Positions 40,411 to 50,513 of a DNA stretch of 64,000 nt are shown piece by piece. The notes beneath the pieces were generated by a model that saw only the letters and a list, made by a program, of their open reading frames with translations, was not told where the DNA came from and searched no databases. Where the stretch lies: the NCBI GenBank assembly GCA_964012805.1, contig CAXGUD010000008.1, positions 1 through 64,000 of the forward strand, read 5' to 3'. The stretch is from an uncultured Bacteriovoracaceae bacterium. Its GTDB lineage: Bacteria > Bdellovibrionota > Bacteriovoracia > Bacteriovoracales > Bacteriovoracaceae. The position numbers and the translations under genes were made by a program. How positions within the stretch are numbered: the stretch's first letter is position 1; every line of letters starts with the position of its first letter.

Positions 40411-41025
40411 ATGAATCTATCAAAACAAAATGGAGTTATAATTTATCCAACAGATACTGTTTGGGGGATTGGTGGATGTATTCTATCAAAAAAAAATTAT
40501 GATGAAATCAATATAATTAAAAAAATAAATACAAATAAGCCGGTTTCTATACTTTTTTCTTGTATAGATCACATAAGAGAATACTTTGAGCTTCCAAAAA
40601 TAATTTCAGATGATTGGATGGAGTCTTTTTTTTATTTGGAGACAACTTTGGGCCTTCCTATTGAGTGGGCCAAAAAAGATATTCCATCATGGATTTTTCA
40701 AGAAAGTGATTTTGTATGCATTCGTTGCCTCCAAGGAAGCTTTTTTAAAGACCTTGTCGATGGCTTAAAGGGAAAAGCTGTTATAACAACTAGTCTTAAT
40801 CTAAGCGGTGAGGAACCTATTCTTAATAAAGCGGATGCTCAGGCTTTTCATGAGAAACATGCCCCAAGTGCTAGTATAGTCTACTCTGATCAATTGGTTT
40901 TATCAGGCCATTCTTCTACGATCGTTAGATTTTTAAACCCACAAGAAATCGATGTTATTAGAAAGGGTCAACGGTTTGAAGATGTCCTTAAACAACTTGA
41001 AATATTATCAGCCAGAATTTTATAA
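40411..41025 (+). CDS. tsaC: TsaC/Sua5/YrdC family protein
   Basis: IYPTDTVWGIG and TTSLNLSGE. Confidence 0.8.
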   Translation: MNLSKQNGVIIYPTDTVWGIGGCILSKKNYDEINIIKKINTNKPVSILFSCIDHIREYFELPKIISDDWMESFFYLETTLGLPIEWAKKDIPSWIFQESDFVCIRCLQGSFFKDLVDGLKGKAVITTSLNLSGEEPILNKADAQAFHEKHAPSASIVYSDQLVLSGHSSTIVRFLNPQEIDVIRKGQRFEDVLKQLEILSARIL

Positions 41026-41614
41026 GTTTTCAGAAGATTCTTTGCTTCTCGCAGAAGAAAGTTCAAAATTAGTTAAAGAGATCTTTCCTGAAGATTTTTC
41101 TATTAAAGGTTTAGATCTTTGTTCTGGTTGTGGAGTTGTGGGTATTGAGACAATGGTACAGTTGGAAAATGTTTCATTTTTTCATTTTCTTGAACTTCAA
41201 AGTTTATTTGAGCCTTTTTTTCAAAAGAATGTTTTCTCTTTTCTGAGTCAGTATCAAAGAGATAAGGTTAAATTCTTTAATGCTAATCTTGATTCATTCA
41301 GTGGTAGCTCCAAAATGAAATACAACTTAATCATTTCTAACCCCCCTTATTTTAAAAAAGGTAAGAATCGGTTGGGCAGTGATAAAAGACGCAATTTATG
41401 TCGTTTTTTTTCAGAGTTAGACTTTTCTAATTTTTTGAACTTTATTTACTTTACTTTAGACAGGGAAGGTATCGTATTATTTTTGGGTAGAGATGGTGAA
41501 GTTTATAATGACATTAAAATGTTTCTGGAAAAAAAGCCTAAAGATTTTGAGATATTTAAATATAAATCATTTGGGATTACCTCTCTTTTCATGGGAAGAT
41601 TTTTGAATAAATAG
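40982..41614 (+). CDS. N6-adenine methyltransferase (tRNA1(Val) TrmN6-like)
   Basis: YQP..YKFSEDSLLL, DLCSGCGVVG and NPPYF. Confidence 0.8.
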   Translation: MSLNNLKYYQPEFYKFSEDSLLLAEESSKLVKEIFPEDFSIKGLDLCSGCGVVGIETMVQLENVSFFHFLELQSLFEPFFQKNVFSFLSQYQRDKVKFFNANLDSFSGSSKMKYNLIISNPPYFKKGKNRLGSDKRRNLCRFFSELDFSNFLNFIYFTLDREGIVLFLGRDGEVYNDIKMFLEKKPKDFEIFKYKSFGITSLFMGRFLNK

Positions 41615-42103
41615 AGAAATGAGTTTCTCTTTTATTAAAGCATCATCTACAAATTGGAACTCTTTTTCGGCCCTTTTTTTAAGAGATTTATATTCAGGTG
41701 AAAAAGGATGAAGAGAAGGTCCATTTTCTTTCTGTAAAAAAGCTTTTTCGATAGAAGATTTTTGCTTAGTAAACAATTCAATGTCTAAAATAAAACTTAC
41801 GCTTTTGATTTTAAAAAACCGGGTTTTTTTTTCTTGGTCAACCTTTTGTTGAAAAATTCGTTTCATAAAAGGAGCCTGCTCAAGGATAGAAGGATGATCC
41901 GTAACCACGTAAAGTTTAGTTTTTTCGATATGAATTGGAACTGTGTGCTTCGATAAAAAGCCGTCTCCCACAATCTTGGCCCACTCTTTTTGCAGGTGCT
42001 TTATTTCTAAAGTTGGTCTTGGGACAAAAGACCTGCTTCCATACTTCAAGCCTGTATTGTTAAGAGATGGATTAACTTCAAGTATTTTAGATACTAACTT
42101 CAA
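41567..42103 (-). CDS. DUF721/DciA-like protein
   Basis: W.KIVG...SKHTVP...KLYV.TDHP pattern. Confidence 0.6.
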   Translation of the reverse strand: MKLVSKILEVNPSLNNTGLKYGSRSFVPRPTLEIKHLQKEWAKIVGDGFLSKHTVPIHIEKTKLYVVTDHPSILEQAPFMKRIFQQKVDQEKKTRFFKIKSVSFILDIELFTKQKSSIEKAFLQKENGPSLHPFSPEYKSLKKRAEKEFQFVDDALIKEKLISLFIQKSSHEKRGNPK

Positions 42104-42313
42104 AATTATTCCTAGAACTAAGGGAGTTAAGAATTATGGCATTATGGACGACAAATAGAAGATTTTCTAGTGATTCTTTTTTCTATTAATGGAAAGGAAT
42201 TGTGGAATGGTTACTATTTTTGTATTGTCTGGCATTAGTTAGTGGACGAGTTCTTTATAAGAGGGTTTCCTTACTTTATGCGAGATGATTTTGTTATGAC
42301 TAGTTGTGTTGGC

Positions 42314-42973
42314 ATGAGGCTTCGTTTTATAATATTGTGCAGCCTGTTTTTTTTAGGGTCTTGTGCTGGTTATCATTTTAGACAAGTTAAAAATCCATTC
42401 TCCCATTTTGGGATAAAGAGTCTTTCTATTCCAATGTTTATTAATAAATCAGCAATTCCAAATATAAGCAATGCGTTTACGAAGGAAATTTTTCTTCTTC
42501 TTTCTCATTATTCAGGTTTAGAGGTTTACTCAGGCTTGGAAAAGGACAAAGATGCTGTTCTTATTGGTATCATAAGCTCCGGTCCTAAAACTTCAGATGT
42601 ATTTTCTCAGTCTGGAAGAGCTTTTATATCGAAGGATGCTCTTCCTGGTAGAAGTCCTTTTTATACGGTATCTGATACTTCTTATAAGTTAAATTTGAGG
42701 ATCGTTGTTATAAAAAAGCCAGATCCTAATATAGTTAATCTAGTTAAGGGGCCATGGGGAGAGCATGTTATTCAAAACTCTAGAATTGTACTAGATGAAA
42801 GATTACCTTTAACTTCTAGTTTTCTAAGGTCAATCTCTGTAGGAAAAGAAGGGGAGACTGAAAGTAGGGTTGCTAATTTCACGAAAAGTAAATCTTGGTT
42901 TCAAATTACTGTTGGGGAACTAGCTAAATCAGTTTCAAAAAGGTTTCGAAAAGAGGTTCTTAATGCATTTTAG
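42314..42973 (+). CDS. lptE: LptE-like lipoprotein
   Basis: lipobox LGSC-AGYHFR, SLSIPMFINKS; directly upstream of the holA-like gene. Confidence 0.6.
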   Translation: MRLRFIILCSLFFLGSCAGYHFRQVKNPFSHFGIKSLSIPMFINKSAIPNISNAFTKEIFLLLSHYSGLEVYSGLEKDKDAVLIGIISSGPKTSDVFSQSGRAFISKDALPGRSPFYTVSDTSYKLNLRIVVIKKPDPNIVNLVKGPWGEHVIQNSRIVLDERLPLTSSFLRSISVGKEGETESRVANFTKSKSWFQITVGELAKSVSKRFRKEVLNAF

Positions 42974-43916
42974 TTTAGCACCTTGGAGCTTTTTTTCTGA
43001 TTTAGAGAAGAACCTCTCCAAAGAGAGGGGAAACCTCCTTGGGATTAGCGTTAAAGACCCCTATTTAGAGGCCCTATTTATTCACTTTTTAAAAAGAAGC
43101 GAAGCTTATAAGGGGTTTACATCCCTTGATGGAAGGAGTGTTGACTCTGATTGGTTTGATAGAAACTTGGTTTCTTTGGACCTTTTTTCAAATAATGAAC
43201 CAATTGTTATCACAAAAGCTGAGCACTTGGGGGAGCGCGTCGCAATACGCTTTTTTGAGGATTATTCGAAGATTTCTAGAAATTTGGTTTTTATATTTTC
43301 ATCGAAAAGTAGCTTTTATCAAAAATGTGTAAGAAAGTTTAAAGATGACCTTTTTTTTACTATTACACAGCCTCGCTTTTGGGAAAAAGAAACCTTTTTT
43401 CGCTTTCTTGCTAAGACCTTAAATATTAGATTGAATCGTGAGGTTGAAGCTTACTTAATTAAATCATTGCCTGATAAGTCTAGTGATTATGTGAGGGCTT
43501 TTAATGTTTTACGTCTTCACTTCGGTAATGATTGTCAGAACATCCAGCTTGCCAGAGTTCGGGAGCTAATACCTCCTGAGTTTTTGGACTCTTTTCTTTT
43601 GGCAGACCTTTATTCAGAAAAAAAGAAAGATTTATTTTGGGGGAAACTCATTGATCTCGAGGTTCCTGAAAGCTCTCTTCAGGAGTTTTTTGGTTTTATG
43701 CAATCCCACCTTTTAAAACTATCAGATACTTCTTATATAAGTGAAAAGAAGAGTCTTAATAGCTATGACAAAAAGATTGTTGCACAAAGTAATTTGTGGA
43801 CTAAGTCTGAGTTGCACTTATCTATCAGGAAGTTTAGCAAGCTCCAGGTCGAAGCGAAAAAGGGTGTAGGTCGAGTGCACCTACAGGTCTTGATGAATAG
43901 TCTTGCTTTGCCTTAG
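42963..43916 (+). CDS. holA: DNA polymerase III delta subunit-like (divergent)
   Basis: SLDLFS motif, about 320 aa, lptE-holA-rpsT synteny. Confidence 0.6.
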   Translation: MHFSLAPWSFFSDLEKNLSKERGNLLGISVKDPYLEALFIHFLKRSEAYKGFTSLDGRSVDSDWFDRNLVSLDLFSNNEPIVITKAEHLGERVAIRFFEDYSKISRNLVFIFSSKSSFYQKCVRKFKDDLFFTITQPRFWEKETFFRFLAKTLNIRLNREVEAYLIKSLPDKSSDYVRAFNVLRLHFGNDCQNIQLARVRELIPPEFLDSFLLADLYSEKKKDLFWGKLIDLEVPESSLQEFFGFMQSHLLKLSDTSYISEKKSLNSYDKKIVAQSNLWTKSELHLSIRKFSKLQVEAKKGVGRVHLQVLMNSLALP

Positions 43917-43963
43917 AAAACATAGATTCCTGTTTTAGAGTAGTATTTACAGGCCTCCAAAAC

Positions 43964-43995
43964 AAAAAAAGCTTTGTTATAAAACAAAGCTTTTT
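43964..43995. terminator. bidirectional terminator between holA and rpsT
   Basis: AAAAAGCTTTGTT-ataa-AACAAAGCTTTTT. Confidence 0.7.
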
Positions 43996-44032
43996 GGTAT
44001 CTTAAAAATTTAGTGAAGAGGGTAGTTATAGC

Positions 44033-44293
44033 TTATAAGCTGTGTACTTGCTGAGCTAGTCTAGATGTTTTTCTAGAAGCAGTCTTTTGCTTAGTGATAC
44101 CAGATTTTGCTAATTTTTGGAAAAGGCTTTGGACCTTGACAAGTAATTCACTAGCTTTATCTTTATTTTTTTCTGTAAGAGCAGTTCTTAGACTTTTTTC
44201 CGCAGTTTTGACTTCAGACTTTCTAATCTTATTCATTTCCATTCTTCTATTTGATTGTCTTGCCCTTTTTGCTGCAGATTTATGATTAGCCAC
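44033..44293 (-). CDS. rpsT: 30S ribosomal protein S20
   Basis: (M)ANHKSAAKRARQ..TASRKTSRL; GTG start at 44293. Confidence 0.95.
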   Translation of the reverse strand: MANHKSAAKRARQSNRRMEMNKIRKSEVKTAEKSLRTALTEKNKDKASELLVKVQSLFQKLAKSGITKQKTASRKTSRLAQQVHSL

Positions 44294-44478
44294 GAATAAC
44301 CCCTTCCTTAATAAGTAAAATATAATATTCAGCAATATCAGGGCTTGGTTTTATTCTAATTCGAAAAGGTTGGCAAGCCTTTTTATCATAGGAGAGCGAG
44401 ATTTGGGGGGCTTGGTGTCTTAAAGCTAAGCTCCTTGAAAAGACGCTTTTAAGGGCTTAAAATCACCTATCTTTTTAT

Positions 44479-45354
44479 ATGATCAATAAAAAAGGTTTTG
44501 TGATGCGTGTTGTTAGTAAAATTGGAGTAATAGGTGCAGGTCAAATGGGGCGGGGAATAGCTCAAGTAGCATCTCAAAGTGGGTTTGAAACACATCTTTT
44601 TGACTCTTCCTCCGAAAGTTTGGAGAGAGGGGCAGCCTTTATTAAGGAACAATTAGCTCGTGGTGTTTCCAAAGGGAAGTGGACCGAAGAAGCTTCGCAA
44701 AAAGCTCAGGAATCTCTACAATTGGAGACAAGCCTTGAGGGGTTGTCTGACTGCGATCTTGTTATTGAGGCTGCGACAGAAAGAAAGGATGTAAAGTTTA
44801 AAATTTTTCAAGAATGCGACCGGATAATTAAAGAAGGCGCCTTACTTGCATCCAACACTTCTTCTATCTCCATAACTGAAATAGCCTCTCAAACAAAAAG
44901 GCCTAGTAAAGTGGCAGGGATGCATTTTATGAACCCTGTACCTGTTATGAAGTTAGTTGAGGGTATTAAAGGATTGGAAACTTCAAATGAAACCTTTGAC
45001 TCTGTGGCTTCTGTTGCAAAAGCGATGGGGAAAATATTTGTTAAAGCAAATGATGTTCCTGGCTTTGCTGTTAATAGAATTTTAATGCCTATGATAAATG
45101 AAGCTGTTTATGCCTTATATGAGGGAGTCGCTTCGGTTGAAGATATTGATAGCGCTATGAAATTAGGTACAAATCAACCAATGGGACCACTAGAGTTGGC
45201 AGACTTTATTGGCTTGGATACCTGTTTGGCCATAATGGGAGTTCTTCATGAAGGTCTTGGAGATACAAAGTATAGACCGTGTCCTTTATTGAAAAAATAT
45301 GTGCTAGCTGGGAGATTCGGAAAAAAATCGGGGAGAGGTTTCTATGAATATTGA
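44479..45354 (+). CDS. hbd: 3-hydroxybutyryl-CoA dehydrogenase
   Basis: GAGQMGRGIA, SNTSS, GMHFMNPVP and PMGPLELADFIGLD. Confidence 0.93.
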   Translation: MINKKGFVMRVVSKIGVIGAGQMGRGIAQVASQSGFETHLFDSSSESLERGAAFIKEQLARGVSKGKWTEEASQKAQESLQLETSLEGLSDCDLVIEAATERKDVKFKIFQECDRIIKEGALLASNTSSISITEIASQTKRPSKVAGMHFMNPVPVMKLVEGIKGLETSNETFDSVASVAKAMGKIFVKANDVPGFAVNRILMPMINEAVYALYEGVASVEDIDSAMKLGTNQPMGPLELADFIGLDTCLAIMGVLHEGLGDTKYRPCPLLKKYVLAGRFGKKSGRGFYEY

Positions 45355-46156
45355 AGAGCAAAACAAACGCTATGAATTTTTAGATTTGTCCTTGGATTCT
45401 GGTGTATTAATGCTTGTTGTTGATAAGCCAAGAAGTTTAAATGCATTGGATACCAAGTTGTTAGAAGAACTAGATGACTGTTTGAGCTCTTTAAGACAAC
45501 AGAAAGACTCTGTACTAAAAGGGATGATATTTACTGGTTCTGGTGAAAAAGCTTTTATTGCTGGAGCCGATATAAAAGAAATGTCTGTGATGGGAACCTT
45601 GGAAGCCGAAAAGTTTGCTGTTGCAGGACAGAAGGTGACTCTTCTTTTAGAAGACTTGCCTTTTCCAGTAATTGCGGCGGTTAACGGTTTTGCCCTTGGC
45701 GGAGGCTGTGAAATGGCAATGAGCGCTGACTTTATTTTTGCTACAAAAAATGCTGTGTTTGGTCAGCCAGAAGTTAGGTTAGGTCTTATTCCTGGTTTTG
45801 GGGGAACTCAAAGGCTCGCCAAAATTGTGGGAAGAAATAAAGCAAAGGAAATAATTTATTCAGGGCGCAATGTGTCCGTAGAGGAAGCCCATGAGCTCGG
45901 TTTAGTTCTAAGGATTTATGATAAAAAAAGCGAAATGATAAAGGGAGCTAATGAGTTGTTGGACCAAATTGCCCAAAACTCACCTCTTGCTGTTTCTCGG
46001 GCTAAAAAAGTAATGAATAGAGGGAATGATTTGACTGTTCCCAATGGTTTGGAAGTTGAGTCTGAGCAATTTGCTTTGCTCTTTGCTTCTGAGGATATGA
46101 AAGAGGGTACAGAGGCTTTTTTGGATAAAAGAAGCCCTGATTTTAAAGGTAAGTAA
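45344..46156 (+). CDS. crt: enoyl-CoA hydratase (crotonase)
   Basis: AGADI, NGFALGGGCE and PEVRLGLIPGFGGTQRL. Confidence 0.92.
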   Translation: MNIEEQNKRYEFLDLSLDSGVLMLVVDKPRSLNALDTKLLEELDDCLSSLRQQKDSVLKGMIFTGSGEKAFIAGADIKEMSVMGTLEAEKFAVAGQKVTLLLEDLPFPVIAAVNGFALGGGCEMAMSADFIFATKNAVFGQPEVRLGLIPGFGGTQRLAKIVGRNKAKEIIYSGRNVSVEEAHELGLVLRIYDKKSEMIKGANELLDQIAQNSPLAVSRAKKVMNRGNDLTVPNGLEVESEQFALLFASEDMKEGTEAFLDKRSPDFKGK

Positions 46157-46300
46157 ATTATTGAGACCTTTTTCTTGGATTTTTAGCTCTTTTTTTGTAA
46201 GCTTTCCTCGGCTTGGGCCCATCAGGTTTACACTGTGGAAAATGTGTCTTAAATTGAAGCATTAAGGGCTCACCTTTCGATTTTGCTAGGAGATAGATGG

Positions 46301-47254
46301 ATGGCCAAAAAAAAAACGACCAAGAAAAAGGCAGCTGAAAAATCAACAAAGAAAGTAGCTAAAAAGGCTTCCTCTAAGAAAGCTCAGAAGAAGAGCTCTG
46401 CGTCAGCCAGTAAGAAAGCTTCTAAAAAGGTTCAAAAAAAGGCTGTAGCTAAAAAGTCTCCTGCAAAAAAAGTGGCTAAAAAAGTTGCCAAGAAAGTCAC
46501 GAAAAAGGCTGCTAAAAAGGTAGTGGCCAAAAAAACCACTAAAAAAGTTGCCAAAAAAGTTGCCAAAAAAGTAGCTAAAAAAACGACCAAAAAAGTAGAG
46601 TCTAAGGCACCTAAGAAAAAAGAAGTTTCGGTTAAAAGCAAAGAGGCTCAGGTAAAAGAAGTAGGAAAAAAAGCGAAAGCCTCACCTCAAAAAAGTGATG
46701 CAAAACCTCCAGTTAAAGATTCGAAAGAACCCCCAATAAGTGTGAAAGGGGTTTCTAAAAAGAAAGATGCTTCGCAAGAACCAAAATCAAACAAAAAAAT
46801 AAGTAAAAAAGAGAAAGAGGCTTTAACAGAAGAAATTTTCAACCTAACTGAAGAGTTTAGTTTTGATGAGGTCTTTGAAGCTGTAAGCCAGATAGACTTT
46901 TTTAAAAGTCAAACGGATGAATGCATTGTGAAAGGTTGCGATAACCCTGTAACAACAGGACCTTATTGTCGGCTTTGTTACATAAAGTACTGGGATCTAA
47001 TTAAGAAGAAAGAAACGATAATCGCTGAGAATAAACTTCAATTTCTTATTGAGGATATTATTAAAAAGTATCCAATAAGATATATAGAAGAGATTCTTAA
47101 GGACCTTTCGGACGAGAAATCATTTTTCTCTATTTTGAAGGAAATGAATATCGATGTCGTTGATGAAGCCTACGAAGAAGTAGAGGGCAACATTGAAGAT
47201 GAGCAAGATCTATCTTTTGAAACGAAAAATGGTGCAAGATCTTTCAATGAATAA
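46301..47254 (+). CDS. histone-H1-like Lys/Ala-rich protein with Cys4 domain and acidic tail
   Basis: many (V/T)AKK repeats in the first 110 aa or so; C-x4-C-x9-CxxC; GGAG RBS before ATG 46301. Confidence 0.75.
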   Translation: MAKKKTTKKKAAEKSTKKVAKKASSKKAQKKSSASASKKASKKVQKKAVAKKSPAKKVAKKVAKKVTKKAAKKVVAKKTTKKVAKKVAKKVAKKTTKKVESKAPKKKEVSVKSKEAQVKEVGKKAKASPQKSDAKPPVKDSKEPPISVKGVSKKKDASQEPKSNKKISKKEKEALTEEIFNLTEEFSFDEVFEAVSQIDFFKSQTDECIVKGCDNPVTTGPYCRLCYIKYWDLIKKKETIIAENKLQFLIEDIIKKYPIRYIEEILKDLSDEKSFFSILKEMNIDVVDEAYEEVEGNIEDEQDLSFETKNGARSFNE

Positions 47255-47278
47255 TTAGGAGAGGTCTTCCTTATTTCT

Positions 47279-47722
47279 TTAGGAGTTTTTTTCTAGAAAG
47301 TCGTCTGCCATTTTTGTTAATTTGAGATTCTCTCTGGTTATTTGGTAGAAAAGAGCCTTCTTTTTTGTTTTTAGCTCTTTCCAGTCAGCGTAATAGTCAT
47401 TCCAATCTTCTTGGGAAAAGACTTCGTCAAATAAAGCCCCGAAAGAATCTACAATTGATTTTAAAAGAAGATCGCTATTTTCACCTTCTTCTAAATCGGC
47501 AGAAAGAGTAATTGTTATAGGAATGATTGTGTCATCTTTACTATTATAAAATGATGCAGCGGCTATGACTTCATTTGGGTAGGTGTAACCTTGAACAAAA
47601 AAAGTCTTTTGTGAATCTATTCTATTCTTTTCATAAACTTCATTTAAAGTTTCTTCTAATCCCTTACACCATGTATCTGGCAGGGAAATTCCATTATCAG
47701 CTTGGCTTTTTCTAGAAAGCAT
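47279..47722 (-). CDS. hypothetical protein
   Basis: 147-aa ORF with GAGGT RBS. Confidence 0.7.
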   Translation of the reverse strand: MLSRKSQADNGISLPDTWCKGLEETLNEVYEKNRIDSQKTFFVQGYTYPNEVIAAASFYNSKDDTIIPITITLSADLEEGENSDLLLKSIVDSFGALFDEVFSQEDWNDYYADWKELKTKKKALFYQITRENLKLTKMADDFLEKNS

Positions 47723-47824
47723 ATATTACCTCTTTAACTTTTTTTTGATGTTAAATATACTGAGGGGTGGTTACTCGTAGCAAAAAAAGATGTTAATTTC
47801 AAGAAAAAAAATGAGAGGTCTTAG

Positions 47825-48199
47825 TTGTCTCCACAAAATGAAGTGAAATTAAGCAAGAGTTTTAAAATTATCTTAGAGATGAAAAAAAGTTCAAAAAAAA
47901 GTAAGAAAGAAAAGCCTGATGAAAGGAGCATTTTTATTTCTGGGATGACAAATGAGAAGGTTGTTTTGGAACAAGATATCTGGGCAAGTCAGGTTGAACT
48001 TATCGATAAAATAACTTGTTTTTTGAAAGTTGATGAGGAGTGGAAAAAACACAAAATAAGTGATTTTTTCACAGGAAAAAAAGCTACTGATAATAGTGTA
48101 AAGAAAAAAGATCGGATGGTTAAAAGTTTTTCTTTCAATTTTTGTAGTGCTAAGCAAAAGAGCATGTTTGAAAAGGACCTTTCTGATATAAACCCTTAG
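47825..48199 (+). CDS. hypothetical basic protein
   Basis: 124-aa ORF with GAGG upstream; alternative start ATG 47879. Confidence 0.5.
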   Translation: MSPQNEVKLSKSFKIILEMKKSSKKSKKEKPDERSIFISGMTNEKVVLEQDIWASQVELIDKITCFLKVDEEWKKHKISDFFTGKKATDNSVKKKDRMVKSFSFNFCSAKQKSMFEKDLSDINP

Positions 48200-48269
48200 G
48201 GGACATTTGCTTTTGAATTTGATAGTTTCAAATCTAAAAAGCTGTTTATCTAAAATTAAGGGTGTAAAA

Positions 48270-49430
48270 ATGGATATATTTATTTTGGGTGGAGCAAGAA
48301 CTCCTAGTGGTAGTTACCTTGGTTCCTTATCTTCAGTTTCAGCACCAGAGTTGGGCGCTGTGGCTATTTCTGGTGCTTTAGAAAAAGCGAATATCAAGAA
48401 GGAAAATGTTGATGAAATAGCTATGGGCCATGTTGTTCAGGCTGGGACTGGACAGGCACCAGCAAGGCAAGCCGCTTTATTTGCTGGTTTACCTGAATCT
48501 ACTCCATCTACGACTGTTAATAAAGTCTGTGGGTCTGGTATGAAAACAATTATTATGGGAGCGCAAGCAATAAAGTCTGGAGATGCTAAGATATATGTGG
48601 CCGGAGGAATGGAAAATATGTCTCTTGCTCCACACCTTATTCCCAATTCAAGAATGGGCTTGAAGTTTGGCTCAGGTGAAGTAAGAGATTCGATGGCCTG
48701 GGATGGTCTGCAAGATGTTTATACCAATAGGCCGATGGGGAATTGTGCAGAAGAGTGTGTTGAAAAATATTCTTTTAGTAGAGAAGAACAAGATGAGTAC
48801 TCTATTAATTCCTTCAAAAGAGCGCAGGCTGCAATTGAAGAAGGAATTTTCAAAAATGAAATTGTCCCAGTTCGTGTAAAAACTAGAAAGGGAGAAAATA
48901 TAGTTGAAACTGATGAGGGGCCAGGTAGAGCAAATTTTGAAAAGATGAAAAAGCTTCGCCCAGCTTTCGAAAAGGAAGGTACTATTACCGCAGGAAATGC
49001 TTCCACAATTAATGATGGGGCAGCTGCTATTGTTCTCGGTGGTGAGGAATATAAAGAAAAAGCAAAGTTTAGAATTCTTTCTTATGCACAACATGCTCAA
49101 AACCCAACTTGGTTTACAACCGCTCCAATCGATGCAATGAAAAAATGTCTAAAAAAGTCTGGACTTACGTTTGATGATATTGACCTATTTGAAATTAATG
49201 AAGCCTTTGCAGTTGTTACGATGGCAACAATAAAAGAACTTAACTTACCTCATGATAAAGTTAATGTTTTTGGTGGAGGAGTAAGTTTGGGGCACCCCAT
49301 AGGTTGTTCTGGGACAAGAATTGTTGTTACTCTTATGACTGCAATGGAAAATAAAAATGCTAAGAGAGGTATGGCTTCAATTTGTATTGGTGGGGGCGAA
49401 GCTCTCGCAATAATTATTGAAAGGATTTAA
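48270..49430 (+). CDS. acetyl-CoA acetyltransferase (thiolase)
   Basis: NKVCGSG, NEAFA, GHPIGCSG and CIGGG. Confidence 0.95.
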   Translation: MDIFILGGARTPSGSYLGSLSSVSAPELGAVAISGALEKANIKKENVDEIAMGHVVQAGTGQAPARQAALFAGLPESTPSTTVNKVCGSGMKTIIMGAQAIKSGDAKIYVAGGMENMSLAPHLIPNSRMGLKFGSGEVRDSMAWDGLQDVYTNRPMGNCAEECVEKYSFSREEQDEYSINSFKRAQAAIEEGIFKNEIVPVRVKTRKGENIVETDEGPGRANFEKMKKLRPAFEKEGTITAGNASTINDGAAAIVLGGEEYKEKAKFRILSYAQHAQNPTWFTTAPIDAMKKCLKKSGLTFDDIDLFEINEAFAVVTMATIKELNLPHDKVNVFGGGVSLGHPIGCSGTRIVVTLMTAMENKNAKRGMASICIGGGEALAIIIERI

Positions 49431-50492
49431 ATGGTTGTACCACGGAAAAAAAAAGCAACTAAAACTAAACCAGGTCACAAACCTCGTATAGTAGAGTTTA
49501 AGCAAGGTGATATTATCTTTGATGAAAAAGATAAAGCTGAAGCCTTGTATATAATAAAAGAAGGTCAAATAAGACTTTTTAGACCGAAGGGTAAAGGCTT
49601 TGTAGAGATTGCCGTTTTGAGGAAGGGTGAAGTTATTGGAGAAATGGCTTATTTTGATGAAAAACAAGCAATAAGAAGTTGTTCAGCTTCTGCTTTGGTA
49701 AACACTAAAGTAATTGAGATTGGATTTGGCTCTTTTGGAAAAGCTATAAAGCATCTAAATCCGTGGTTTAAAACAATAATATTTACTTTAGCGGATAGGC
49801 TAAGAGATTCAAATGATTTGGTAAAAAATCTCGAAAGCAACTCTTTAAGTTACGGTGGCATAAAATCCAGTGAATATAAGTTTTTTAGTTTTACTGATTT
49901 AGTAAAACTACTTAATTACTTTTTAATAATCTTTAAGGGACATGGTGAAAAATGTGAAGAAGGTTATAAAATAAATAGGAAGAACTTAAAATATCATCTT
50001 TTAGATGTTTTCAACTTTCCTGAATCCAAAGTGGAAGAGTTTATCAAAATAATGGAAGAACTCAATAGTCTCCAAATAACTGAAGATGAGAATAAGAATC
50101 CTAATAACTTTATCTTGGTCAATCAAGGTTTCTTTGTAGAAGCTCTTCAATTTATTGATGGGCAAAGAAGGCTTGAACAAAATAAAAGATTAAATATACC
50201 CCATCGATCGGAAACTTTTATGGCAAAGATTCTTGAAAAATTTCAGGAAACTGAACAGGAGCCAAAAGGAAATTTTGAATTTGACTTGATAAAAATATGC
50301 GAAGATTTTAAAGCTAAGAAAATGCCTATTGGAATGGAAGATTTTACAGCTATTGTTTCTCAAGGCCTCGCTGAAAAAGTTGTCGAAGGCAAGGGATCTG
50401 TTGATATAGAAAAAATCATCAAAATTTATCCAATTATAAAGTTTAAAAATATAGTTGAAAAAATAAATAAAGAAAAAGCTGAGAAAAGTTAA
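49431..50492 (+). CDS. cyclic-nucleotide-binding (Crp-like) protein
   Basis: LYIIKEG, GEVIGEMAYFD..RSCSA phosphate-binding cassette. Confidence 0.85.
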   Translation: MVVPRKKKATKTKPGHKPRIVEFKQGDIIFDEKDKAEALYIIKEGQIRLFRPKGKGFVEIAVLRKGEVIGEMAYFDEKQAIRSCSASALVNTKVIEIGFGSFGKAIKHLNPWFKTIIFTLADRLRDSNDLVKNLESNSLSYGGIKSSEYKFFSFTDLVKLLNYFLIIFKGHGEKCEEGYKINRKNLKYHLLDVFNFPESKVEEFIKIMEELNSLQITEDENKNPNNFILVNQGFFVEALQFIDGQRRLEQNKRLNIPHRSETFMAKILEKFQETEQEPKGNFEFDLIKICEDFKAKKMPIGMEDFTAIVSQGLAEKVVEGKGSVDIEKIIKIYPIIKFKNIVEKINKEKAEKS

Positions 50493-50513
50493 AGAGCACT
50501 ATTAAAAAGTTAA

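Noticed and set aside
46301..46620. Short DNA repeats (AAAAAAGTTGCC-like) suggestive of an array
   Set aside because: They encode VAKK protein repeats; there is no constant repeat with unique spacers, so not CRISPR
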